Below are positions 12,801 to 24,500 of a stretch of DNA of 64,000 nt, in pieces; position 1 is the first letter of the stretch, and each line of letters begins with the position of its first letter. The DNA comes from Eledone cirrhosa. Its lineage: Eukaryota. The notes below the pieces were generated by a model. The model searched no databases. It worked only from the letters and a program-made list of their open reading frames with translations, and was not told where the DNA came from. The stretch spans positions 20,336,001 through 20,400,000 of the forward strand of contig OZ024746.1 in the NCBI GenBank assembly GCA_964016885.1, in the 5' to 3' direction. The translations under genes were made by a program, and so were the position numbers.

Positions 12801-14877
12801 TGGGATTTCCTGGCACTCTTCATTGTCCATGTACATCACATATCAATACCAAAAATATCTATATCTATTTCAATGATACTACTTGTGTCTCATTTCATAT
12901 TTATTTACAGAACCTGCCTTGATAGCCAAGTCTTCAATTACCCTTGATGTAAAACCATGGGATGATGAGACAGATATGGCTAAGATGGAAGAATGTGTTC
13001 GTTCAATAAAAAAGGATGGTTTAGTATGGGGAGCTTGTAAGTAATTTTCTATATACTAAAGCTGTTTTTAATATTGAATTTTTATTGTTACTGCCAGGAA
13101 TTATGACTGGTAGATAGTATCAGCAATGGAAACTTTGTCTCCTTGGTTCAATTTGACGAGTTCCACCCCACTTGGTAAATGAGTGAAGTCTGGGATGTTG
13201 ATCCATCATGATAGTGCAACAACAAACATTGCTCTGGCACTATGTATGGTAAAGAAGACTGTCCAGTCATGTCACAATAATCTCTCTATGATAGAAATGC
13301 ACTTAATACACCCTGTAATGTGGTTGGCATTAGGAAAAGTTTCCAGTCATAGAAACAATACAAAAAAAATGAATATATTGGGGCAAGATTTGCAAACACG
13401 AGGTTGCGAGATTCCTGGACTGGGCAATGCCTGTTGTCCTTGAGTAAGACACTTTATTTCATGCTGCTCTTTCTGTCAGGAGTTACAACCAGTAGATAGT
13501 ATCAGCAATGGAAACATTGTTGATGACTTCCACCCCACTCGGTAAGCAAATATGTCTGGGATCTTGTCGATCATTTAAAAAAAAATAAAATAAGGTGAGA
13601 TTAACAGTCTGAAAAATTAAATTGTAGAAATCAAGGGCTGAATGAGGAGGGTTTTCTTCTTTTGAAGACCTACTGCCAAGCTCTCCTGAGAGTGTCTTAT
13701 CATTGTAAGCTAGTTGGTAGTTTATTGAATTTCTTCAGTTTCACTGCCTACAGATACTTATAGGGTTGAGGTACTTGAAACAAGTTATTTTCAAAGCAGT
13801 GCTTTCTGTGTTTTAACTTCTCACGCAAGTGTGTAATAAGGTAAGTTAAAACCAAATTTCCCATGACAGACATTTCATGTCATTTACTGGTCTTCATAGA
13901 CTTAGTATCCTACCTGCTGAACAGGAATGTTGGTCTGGGACAGTCCCTAAACACCTGACAACCCTTTTATGCAGAATCCCAGGTTAACTTATGATTCTGG
14001 CATTATTATAGCAGCTGCCAAATAGATCAAGTTTCATCTCTCAGTATAATAACAGCACTGTGACATTAATAGAAATCAAGGTCAGCGTGCTCTTTTATAC
14101 ACACTGACTTGTTTATCACACTTACAGCTAATCATCAACGTTTTTACATGCATGGGTTGGACGGGTCCTTTTCAACACAGCATCTATTCACTCATGTTCT
14201 TTTGTCATCTCTGAGTCTCCGCTCTCACCACCTCCACGCTTGTCTACCTCTCCTTCGCCCAACAATCATCCATGCACATCATATGTTCATACCAATACTG
14301 TTTTGTATATTTGAAATAATAATTATATAATTATTGTTGCTTGTGGTTCTTTTATTGTATTAGTCCTACAACTTAAAATGAAGACATGCAATTTTGGCAA
14401 TACTCTTTCACCTGATTATCATAACTCTTTAGCATTTAAACCGGCCGTATCTGGAATTTTCTATTCAAACCAGCTATACCAAGGTATTGTTCTCAAAATA
14501 AATAAATATCATCATCACATAGATTCAACATGTGAGAGAAAGCCTTTACCGCAAAAATACAACAGTAATATAAATGCTTATGGGTTAAATGATTTTTTTT
14601 TTTTTAGCCAAGTTAGCACCTCTTGCCTATGGTATAAACAAACTGACAATCTTGTGTGTTGTGGAAGATGAAAAAGTCAGTGTTGATGACTTAGAAGAAC
14701 AGATTATTGAATTTGAAGATTACGTAAGTATTTTTGAAATATAAATTAAAATTAGTTCACTTTGCCTTACTTTACCAGAATAAACTAATTTCAGAAATGT
14801 CTAATACATATTAATTCTGTATAATTATTATTTTTCAGGTTCAAAGTGTGGATATTGCAGCTTTCAATAAAATCTAA
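6723..14877 (+). CDS. EEF1D: Elongation factor 1-delta (eEF1B delta)-like gene, 3' six coding exons (5' exons not found in window)
   Basis: Exons 6723-6807, 10366-10538, 11774-11840, 12911-13036, 14608-14723 and 14839-14877 join in frame with GT-AG sites. Protein has a leucine zipper ([29 protein letters not shown]), acidic CK2 motif [10 protein letters not shown], and GEF domain [18 protein letters not shown]...[16 protein letters not shown]...[12 protein letters not shown]. The zipper favours delta over beta. Confidence 0.9.
6836..9150. repeat. 31-bp minisatellite (~74 units) in EEF1D-like intron
   Basis: Tandem AGGGTTCTGTGTTGGTAGTTATAATGACAGC with point variants and a few 28-bp units. Confidence 0.97.
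9335..9570 (-). mobile_element. RTE LINE 3' end (third family); a related copy is at 36700-36870 (-)
   Basis: Minus-strand [16 protein letters not shown] and C-terminal EGFL.Q*. Confidence 0.6.
10022..10223. mobile_element. piggyBac-type MITE; related copies or termini at ~14415-14587, 23748-23950, 28050, 52945 and 55460
   Basis: TTAA...CCTTTAGCATTTA / TAAATGCTAAAGGG|TTAA inverted termini. Confidence 0.65.
10366..10538 (+). CDS. EEF1D: EEF1D-like exon (acidic linker)
   Basis: tttcag|CT GTT GAA...GAT GAG|gtaac; [16 protein letters not shown]...[11 protein letters not shown]; phase 1-0. Confidence 0.9.
10600..11740 (-). mobile_element. Decayed RTE LINE (same family as the 32-kb copy)
   Basis: Minus-strand remnants [38 protein letters not shown]. 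Confidence 0.8.
11774..11840 (+). CDS. EEF1D: EEF1D-like exon (CAR region)
   Basis: taaag|GAAACT...TCTAAAA|gtaagt; [22 protein letters not shown]; phase 0-1. Confidence 0.88.
12911..13036 (+). CDS. EEF1D: EEF1D-like exon (GEF domain)
   Basis: ttacag|AA CCT...GGA GCT T|gtaagt; [42 protein letters not shown]. Confidence 0.95.
14608..14723 (+). CDS. EEF1D: EEF1D-like exon (GEF domain)
   Basis: tttag|CC AAG TTA...GAT TAC|gtaagt; [39 protein letters not shown]. Confidence 0.95.
14839..14877 (+). CDS. EEF1D: EEF1D-like terminal coding exon
   Basis: ttcag|GTT CAA AGT GTG GAT ATT GCA GCT TTC AAT AAA ATC TAA = [12 protein letters not shown], the conserved eEF1B C-terminus. Confidence 0.95.
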   Translation, partial: VQSVDIAAFNKI

Positions 14878-14921
14878 ATCAAAATTCGAGAAACAGACAT
14901 GTATTTTTAAAGAACTTGTAA

Positions 14922-14927
14922 AATAAA
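14922..14927 (+). promoter_or_regulatory. Putative polyadenylation signal of EEF1D-like gene
   Basis: AATAAA about 45 nt after the stop codon, followed by a T-rich downstream stretch. Confidence 0.55.
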
Positions 14928-15520
14928 GTTTCTGGAAATAATTTTAAAAGAGTTGTTTTTCTTTTTAAAATTTGACATGACAAAGTGCCCAGTACACACT
15001 GTAAATGTGGTTGGCGTTAGGAAGGGCATCTGTACTAGTTTGTCTCACAACATGACAGCTTGTAGTACCCACATAGTGAACATTTTATCACCTACAAATG
15101 GAGACAATATAAGGCTCAGTCTTGCAGGGACCAAGTGCCACTATAAAATGCATCTGGTACACTCTATCTAATCTGTCTAAGAAAGCAGTAACTTCAAACC
15201 TATACAACTCATGACAGCATGGGAAAGCAGTCCCTATATTGTCTCTGTTCAATCAACAAACACTGTAGCCTCCAGTCTTAGTGCTTGTACTGTTGGACAG
15301 GTCTTTTGTATTACGGTATATATATATATCCCTTTTAAGCTTCAAATGCAACCAAGGAAAGTGTATTAATAAATATATATTAAAGATTCATGTTAATTTA
15401 GAAAATCATAACCAGCATAACATTGCAAGTAAAAAAAAAATGGTAAGAATGTTTTATTTATAAAGAAATGGTTACATGATTCAGTTTGTATGAGAAAAAG
15501 TTGTTGCTTATTTATTCAGT

Positions 15521-15538
15521 TCAGCTTGAAGTGTTTTC
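15521..15538 (-). CDS. UBF-like probable terminal coding exon (ENTSS*)
   Basis: ctattttcag|GAA AAC ACT TCA AGC TGA; minus-strand AATAAA signals follow at 15516-15511 and about 15458-15453. Confidence 0.6.
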   Translation of the reverse strand, partial: ENTSS

Positions 15539-18500
15539 CTGAAAATAGAATATCATATATATATAATAATGTGGTATCAAAATATGTTTACGTCTGATGC
15601 GATCAATTAGTATTGATCGTGCCTGACTGCAATCAATAGCCCATCTAAGGATACTGACCATGGTGTAACACCAAATAGGCAACCAGACTCACTTAGGCAT
15701 CGAGTGCTCAAAACGATGATGAATAAACTATATATTTATAGCGGATAAAGTAATCACAGAACTACTTCATACACAAGGTTAATTAATGAAATAATATATC
15801 CACCTTTCCGTGCTAGTATGGGTTTGACAACCTATCCAGGTTTTTTTGTTTTACATTTAACTAGACACTGGCTTCACACATCAAACAGCTTGGCTGTGGG
15901 GACATTATTTACCAATTTCACACAAAGCATTGATCAACCTGCAGTTATAGTAAAAGACATGTCCAAGGATTAAACATAATCATAGCTAAAGCATGGTCAT
16001 TTCCCATCCTACAAACTAGAACTTTAGTCTTAGACAAGTTAACTTTCAGGCCTTTTGATTCTAGGCCATGCTTCCATGTTTGGAATTTCTTCTCTAGTTC
16101 AGCCATTGATTCAGCTATGAGCGTTAGATCATCTGCATATAGGAGTTCCCATGGGCAACTGGTCTTGAACTCCTCTGTTATAGCCTGAAGGGCAATAATA
16201 AATAGTAGGGGGCTAAGGACGGAGCCCTGATGAACACCAACTTTTACGCTAAACTCTTCACTATATTCGTTGTTAATTCTAACCTTGCTGACTGTTTCTT
16301 TATACATGGCTTGTATAGCTCTCACAAGCCATTCATCAACACCTAGTTTTCTAAGTGCCCACCAGATAATCAAGCGGGGTACTCTGTCAAAGGCTTTCTC
16401 CAAGTCAACAAAGGCTAAGTATAGGGGTTTACTTTTAGCTAGGCACTTCTCCTGTAGTTGTCGTACAATGAAGAGAGCGTCTGTTGTACTTTTACCTGAC
16501 ACAAACCCGAACTGCATTTCGTCTAGATCAATTCGCTCTGATTAGTTGCGCTATTACTTTTTCTGTGACCTTCATGACCTGGTCAATTAATTTAATGCCT
16601 CTATAGTTTCCCCTATCTAAGGCATCACCTTTACCCTTGTAGCAGATAATGATGATGCTGCTGCGCCAGTCCTTCGGAACGACCCCATTCTGTATGACTT
16701 GGTTTACTATCCGAGTGACCATAGTGTGTCTCACCGTTACAGATGCTTTCAGCATTTCAGCAACTATTTCTGCCTTGCCCGTCTTCATGTCTTTGATCGC
16801 CTTACTTATTATACTACCTTCAACTTGCACTGCTGGTCCCTCTATTGGGTCGATGTGGGGGAGACTGTCTTTCTCCCAATTATTCTCCTCATTTAGTAGC
16901 CTTTTGTAGTGACACTTCCAAGCTACCTTCTTATCAGCGTCAGTGATGGCAAGTACACACTTCTCCCCGACAATATCAGTTTTCCTTGACACATTGCCTA
17001 GCAATCCTGAACACCTCACGTTGTAGAACATGCTTGAACTTTCTTTCCTCTGCTTCCCTTCTTGCGAAGTACACTTGTCTCCTAGCTTCCCTCCTGGCCA
17101 CTTGATAGTCTTCTCTACTTCCCCCATCCTGCCATGCTTTCCAAGCCTGCTTTTTGGCCTTAATTGACCCCTCCACCTTACTGTTCCACCACCAAGTTAC
17201 TCTCCTCCTGCCTATAGGTCTGCTCCAGCCACAGGTTTCATCTGTCGCTTTCAGCAGGTTAGCTTTCAGGAATTCCCACTGTTCCTCTATATTGTACGAC
17301 TCTAATTGCTCTTCCTTACTATCAAAAGCATCAAGTAATATGCTTTTAAATTTATTACTGGCTGTGGGGTCTTTTTTCATAGAGCTATCACAGAACCACA
17401 CAATTGTTAGACATCGAAAGAGATTGATATATCTACCTATATATATATATATAAAAGAAAGATGTTTATTAGATTAGTCTATATATATACACACACACAC
17501 ATGCATTTCCTTAATGAAAAGAGGGCATTTGTAATACATATCACCATGAACACTCATAGGAGTAAAGTTCCTAGTGAAGTGAGCGACTTCTATCCTTGGA
17601 TCCACAAAATATCTCCCTGAGAATTACGGAACAAAACAAGTCACATGGTATTTGTTTTGTAAAAGAACACAACAATTTCAAATATAGAATAAAGTTTTTT
17701 GGAGATACTCTTCCACTTGATGAAAATAAACACCTAAATCATGAGAAAGCACATTGGGCTGAAATTATTTGATTTCCATGCACTAATAGCACATAGAAAG
17801 GACTTTTCTAGCGACATTAATGTTGGGATTTCATAACAGTACACTATACCTTATCATACATAACTTGGTACACATATGTGCAAATATATATATTTGCCGA
17901 TATTAATCAGTGGTAGATGATGATTGTTGCTGTATGAAATGGTACTATGCAAAATCTTAGTAGCAATGTAAGTATAAAACTTATTCTGTCTCTATTTGTT
18001 TAACCTAATGTAGAGTGTTCTCTGCAAAATATTAGTTTTGTGGTTTCCTGTGATATTGGCAGTTTGCAAAGCTCTGAGGTTTTGGATTTTTATCCCTAAT
18101 TTTTTCATAGAGCTATCACAGAACCACATGATTGTTATATATATATCAATCTCTTTCGATATCGATATCTATATATATCTAAAAGAAAGATGTTTATTAG
18201 TTGGTTGAATCACACGGAAACTACACACACATCTAAAGAGAGAGAAACTGAGAGATAAACGTCCCACGAAAGTCTAGAAACGGCTTAAACTATAGATCCT
18301 TTGATCTATAGGAAGGTTTAACAATATTGCGTTAGCTTTTATAAAGAAAAATTGATACTTTTTGAAATTAATCTACCCTCCAGCTTTTATCCATATACTA
18401 CTTACAGACAGTACTAAAAAATCTAAACACTTCAGAAACAATATGCGGTATATTGCTGTGTTTCAGATGATGTCCTTTGGAGCTGAAAAAGATCATACTG

Positions 18501-21500
18501 ACTATGGTTATTTCACATTTAAAATCCAAGGCCAATGCTACAATTTAATCGGCAGTTTACAACCCTAACCTAATAAGGAAGTTTTATGATTGCTCTTTTT
18601 ATGTCTCTCTCACACGCACACCTCATACTGTAAACCAGACAACACATCCAATACAGTTGTATTCTCTTAACTATTCTCCCAGGCAAAGCCGGGTACCTCA
18701 GCTAGTATAATATATATAAATGCACACATAAATACAAAGAATATGTGTGTGAGTATAAAAAGATGTCAAATTACATTTTCTTCTTTGATACACTGCTTTT
18801 CAATTTTCTTTTTCTGCTTATTGTATGTTTCACGTACAACTTTGGGGAGTAATTTCCAACGTTCCTGAAGTGCCTTATGTTTTTCAGACTTGGAAAGATC
18901 AGGTAACGAATCCTTCTGTTCTCGGTAGTACAGCGCAAAGTTATTTCTAAGTAGAAGAAAGAAAAATTCATATTTTAACAAGTTGTTGACATACACATGA
19001 GGGAAATGACCTTAAAAGTTGAAAGAGGTTGAATGTGTGATGAGCATCTGTTTCTTCTCTATTGTATGGAAGATTAGATGGAGCCTACACTCACATGCTT
19101 AGTGTAGCTTTGAATGTCACTTGGATTGCCTGACCAATGAGCATATGGGAACCTTTGTCTAGTATCAGACATCATCAAAGAGCGTTGAGTCAGATTCGCA
19201 GGACATTGCTGGTGAAGTTCTTTTGTAGGAATCTACACAAGAGCTAGCAGAGGACGAACAAGCCAAGACCTATATCAATCAGATTTGTGACGACATAAAC
19301 TGACATCCCTCTAACCTAATAAGAGAATTGGATGGCGACATAGAGCCAAGGGAATCTGTGCAAGCAGTGTGACCTATGGGTTGTTGAATGTGGAAAATGA
19401 ATGGGCTGGCAACATTGAGACCTATCAAGTTCTTGGACTGGCAGAGGGCCAATAGTAGATATGTTAAATGCAGAAGGAAGTTGGGGTGTGAAGGAGATGA
19501 GAGATCTGTAGGTTATTGGTGAAAAAAAATATTTGGTAGATGTAAACTGATTGGGAGTTGAGTACTCTCATCCCTCTGTACAAGGGGAAAGGTGATCCTC
19601 TAGATTGTTGCTTATATAGAGCAGTTAAGGTATTGGAACATGGAATGAAGATACCGGAAAGAGTATTAAAGAGGATAAGCAAAACTGTGAAGATTGATGA
19701 AATGTAGTTTGTATTCGTGTCATAACGAGGAATGACTGATGCGATTTTTATTGAGACAATTGAGAAGTACAGGGACAAGAGGAAGAATTTATTATTTGAG
19801 TTAGTTGAATTGTAGAAAGCTATTGATAACTGTATGAGAGAGCATGTAGGACCATCAGAACAAAGGACGGGATCAGTATTAAATCTATTACTATTTGTAG
19901 TTGTAAGCAGATGAGCTTAGGATAATAATGGTTCTACTCTATTGCATGGCAGCTTGGGCATGTGTGTTCTGATGTAGCTTCAAGTTGGTCAATGGCTTAC
20001 AAGTGAATTTGGTAGATGTAAACTGTACAAAAGCCTATCACATACACACGTGTGTGGAGTTTCTGTGGTGCAAAGACCAGGAGGATCACAAGTCAATGAA
20101 ATGCAGAGTAAGTATATTGAAAAGGTAGAATCCCAAAGACAAGCTCTTGATGTTTCAATTTGTAATCACAAGTTTTTGCAAGAGTACCTTTGAAAAAGCT
20201 TGTGATAAAAAGCATCTTTGATGTGTTATTGCTATATTTGACACTTGTACAAGCAGTGATGTTTATGTCCTTTGGGCAAGCTATTTGACACACAAAAATC
20301 AGTACCTTGCTTAAAAACAACAGAGTTAGTATTAAGAAGGGTATCCAGCCATACAATACTGCCTCAAAAATTTATTATCCAACCCATGCCAGCAAGGAAA
20401 AGCAGACTTTAAAAAAAATGACAATAAGCAATGGTACTTACGCTGGATGCTTATTCGTTTTCCTGGATAAAAGAAAAACATTTATTAAATATAAAAGAGA
20501 CTCAATTTATTGGAAGTTTACTATCACACTATTTTTAGACAGCCACCTAAAACCTAGGATAATTTTACATATAAAATTTGAATCTTGGTGATAAGTTGAA
20601 CCAGTAAATCAAATCAGTGAATTTATTTCAAGATAATAATAACTGTTTCTTAAAATAATTGCCATTTAAATAAAATTTCAAGTGATTATTTGATATTTAC
20701 TAGTTATATTTAATGGAAGCATGTTGGGCTTATGATCATAATGTCAGTTTCACTCCTGGACTGGATTGTGTGCTGTGTTCTTGAGCAAAAATTATTTTAT
20801 TTCATGTTGCTCCAGTATACACAGCTGAAAATAAATACAAGCAGTATCTGGGGGTTTAACTCTGCAATGGACTGGTGTCCAGGGGAAAGTCATGTACTCT
20901 CAGTCACTTAACACCATAGAAACTAGGATAAGCATAACCTGATGAGCCTCTGGGCTCATCAGGTTATGATGAGACTTTAGACTTTTTGTTTACTCTAACA
21001 ATGGTGCAATCTGCTAGACTGAACTTCAGCTATCTGCATCAGCAGTCAAATACTGGGGCTGATTCTTCCTCTATATCACTTTTTCAGTCTATCCTTCTCT
21101 GGAGGAAATCAGTTGTACTTAGACTTGGAGATGGTTGAGCTTTGCCAGGTTTTAAAAATGCCCTAGAAACGCTGTATGTCACTACAGCGACCCTACAATT
21201 CCATCAGGAGTTGTAGGACCATACCATACATATATATATATATATATATATACAGTAGTCAAAATGATGGGAAAAAAATAAATCAATACTTACTGAAATT
21301 TCTGTTGATCCTATGAAAACAACAAAGAAAAAGAAAATACTAAGAGTCTTCTAATGACACAATACAAGACAACTAAACATGACCAACACATTGAATAATA
21401 ACATTTATATCTAAGGATAAAAACATATACAAAACTGTTCAAATTATATTTATTGTAAGAATTCATTACCACCACTATTATTATCATATTTATTTTTCCT

Positions 21501-24500
21501 AGAAATGGTCAAGTCTGGAATACAGAATCTTTCCACTCCTCTCAATCCTACTCATTGTATATGGAGAGATGGTAAAAAGATAAAATACTAAACACAGCAT
21601 ATCTCTAGTTATTTTTTTTAAAGTGGAACTCCCACCAAGGTTAGCTCCGCCTTTTATCCTTACATGGTTGATAAAATAAAGTACCAGTAATACACTGGGG
21701 TTAATTTAATTAACTTTTCCCTCCCTCAAAATTGTTGGCCTTGTGCCTAGACCAAAAGCTATTATTTGAAAGCAGAAGTTTAGAAAGAGTAAACTATCAC
21801 CATCATTTTTATATCCACTTTTTTGTGTTTGGCATGGGTTGGATGGGATGTTTTCTGACTGTTTTACAACCAGATACTCTCCCTAACACCAACCTCTTTA
21901 GTTGCCTCATACAACATGCAGGTATACAATGTTCCTATTCTAAAGACTGGGATACATCACCATATTAAAGGTATTTGGATTTAAATTTGCTACTCTACAT
22001 TCTTAGTTCAAATTCTACAGTATATTAAGAATGATATGACTTAGACTGAGAAGCTTTTGTGTTTTGGTCATTACTCCAATGGCCAGTCAGTTGCATCTAT
22101 CAATACATCGATCCAACTTTTGTTGACAAGTTTCAGGTCCCTGTCGATTGTCTGCCACCAGTTCATCTTGGGACGTCCTCTTCACCTCTTTCCAAAATTG
22201 GGGTTTCCAATACAGGAACTGATAAACATATCTCTCACTTAGGAGTTGTGTGTGTGACATGACCCAAGCAACCAAGTCGACTTTTGCACATGATGTTAAA
22301 TACATGTACAAAATATACAATAGAATTTGAACAGCACACTCTGACAATATTGAATTTTAAACCTATTATAAACAACAGAAAAAAATGTTTAAATATTAAA
22401 TGCCTACCTTTACCAATTTTGAGTTAACTGACAACAAACAATCTTCAGGAGACAATTTGGTAACATACTCAGTAAGTTTTGTCTGGTAAGTTTGTTTTTC
22501 CTAAAATAAATAAATAATTTTAAAAAAATTGTCACATTTTAAATCTTGATGATTCTCAACTAAAACCATTAATCTTTTTGATACCAAACTGCCTGAAGTC
22601 ATCTTTGGTTCTATGATACAAAACTGTATATTTTTCTAAAAACCTTCCATCTTAATTTTATGTAAGAACCTTCAAGTTATGCTTGAAAATGAGAAAGTTA
22701 GTTACAGTGGTAAATAACTCTCAGGAGAGCAAGACAGTAGGTCTTTAGAAAAGAAACTTCCCTTAAGCAAGTGTTTCGGCCCTTAAGTTACATTACTAAA
22801 TCATTCAAAAGTTTTCATTACTTTCAAAATGATTTGAAAATCATAGGCAGTGTCTTTCTTTTATTAGAAATATGGTGACAAAAAGGTGAACATAGCTTGT
22901 GTGGAATAAATGCTAGACAGGAATACAAAAATAATTAATAGCATTTAGCTATTGTTTTATTTTTTTTGTTGAAAACCTCCAATACACCATACTTATCATC
23001 AATAAACTGCATTTTATGAATTAAATTATTGATCGTATGAGTGTGTTCTCTGTTGTTAAGAAGAGAAATATCAAAACTACTTTCTTTTAATACTCAAATT
23101 GGAGAAAAAGAAACACTACAAGGATCAGCTGAAAGGTCCATAGGCTGACTATGAAGGGGTGGTGCTAGGGCTGTGAAATGTTGCATGCATTCATTTCAGC
23201 TATTCTTATTAATAACTGTATTGTTTCTTTCCAGGGACTATGTTAAAAAATAAACCTCATTTGGTCATTCCATGTGAGTATCTTGGTAAGCCTATGAACC
23301 TTTCAGCCAAACCTTGTAAATGAAATTACAAATAGTGCATGTATGTGAAAGACTTCAAAACAACCAATTTCCTACACATTGAATAAATAAAAACAACAAA
23401 AAACATATATAAACAATTCCTCAACATTGGAAAGAATAAAGTTAAGACTATACCAATTTAATTCTATTTTCATAATCTTCTTTCACAGCTGCTGGCAAAT
23501 CATTGTAAATTTTACTGAGCCCTCTTAGTCTCTCAGTTCCTGATACACCAGGAAGTAGATGTTTAGAAACTTTTACAAAAAGTCCAAAACTATTGCTACA
23601 AAAAACAAATATATATAAATTATACTCTCTTTTTTTTTTTTATTAGGCTGACCATAGATTTAAAAAAAAAAAAAATTTCAATATTATACACGATTAACAC
23701 GTTACTAATTGGATTAGAATTTTTTTAGACCTATTAACCTTTTGTTAACCCTTTCACGACTGCATTTCTAATGAAATGCACTCTATTTCAATTGATTAAT
23801 GAAGAATTTTTAGGAAGATAACAATTTAATGTAAAGTTCTTATATAATGTTATGGTGGAAGATTTTAACTTAAATTGGAAACCTTTAAAATGGGTGGTTT
23901 TATTCCACTGAGCCAGGGCCAGTTTTGGCCTTGGGTGGTAACAAAAGGTTAAGTGTCGAAACATTTCTAATATTTACACCCATGCTCATTCAGACCAAGA
24001 TTCAAACAAGGAAACAATATCAGTTAGAAAGTGAGAGAATTGAAGTGAGAAAAAGATAGAGCATTTAAACCACCCAGAATTCTCTCACCTTTTTGTTCAA
24101 ACCAGCTGCTCATACTGATGTTAAAGTATGGTTCTCAAAATAAATAACAACAAAATCTCATAGATTCAATATTATGTGAGGTAAAGCCTTAACCCTTTCG
24201 TTACCAAACCGCCCAAAAAAAATTTTGGTTCATGTGACCAAGCCGCCCAAAACCGCCTGTACTCACACATTCATATTTAAATGAGAATATCAGAGCAAAT
24301 CTCGTTAGTACATTCGTGAAAACACGTGATTATACTACGTAAACAATTGAGCTACAGTTTCAGACAAATATCGACGTGTTATTTTAATTCTGTGAATTTT
24401 GGGAGATTTTTTTCCAAATTTGTTTCTGTTGTATTTTGAAAATTTTTAACTCTGACAAAAAATGGATACCAATTTCATTCAGTCAAGCAGCGAGTCAGAA

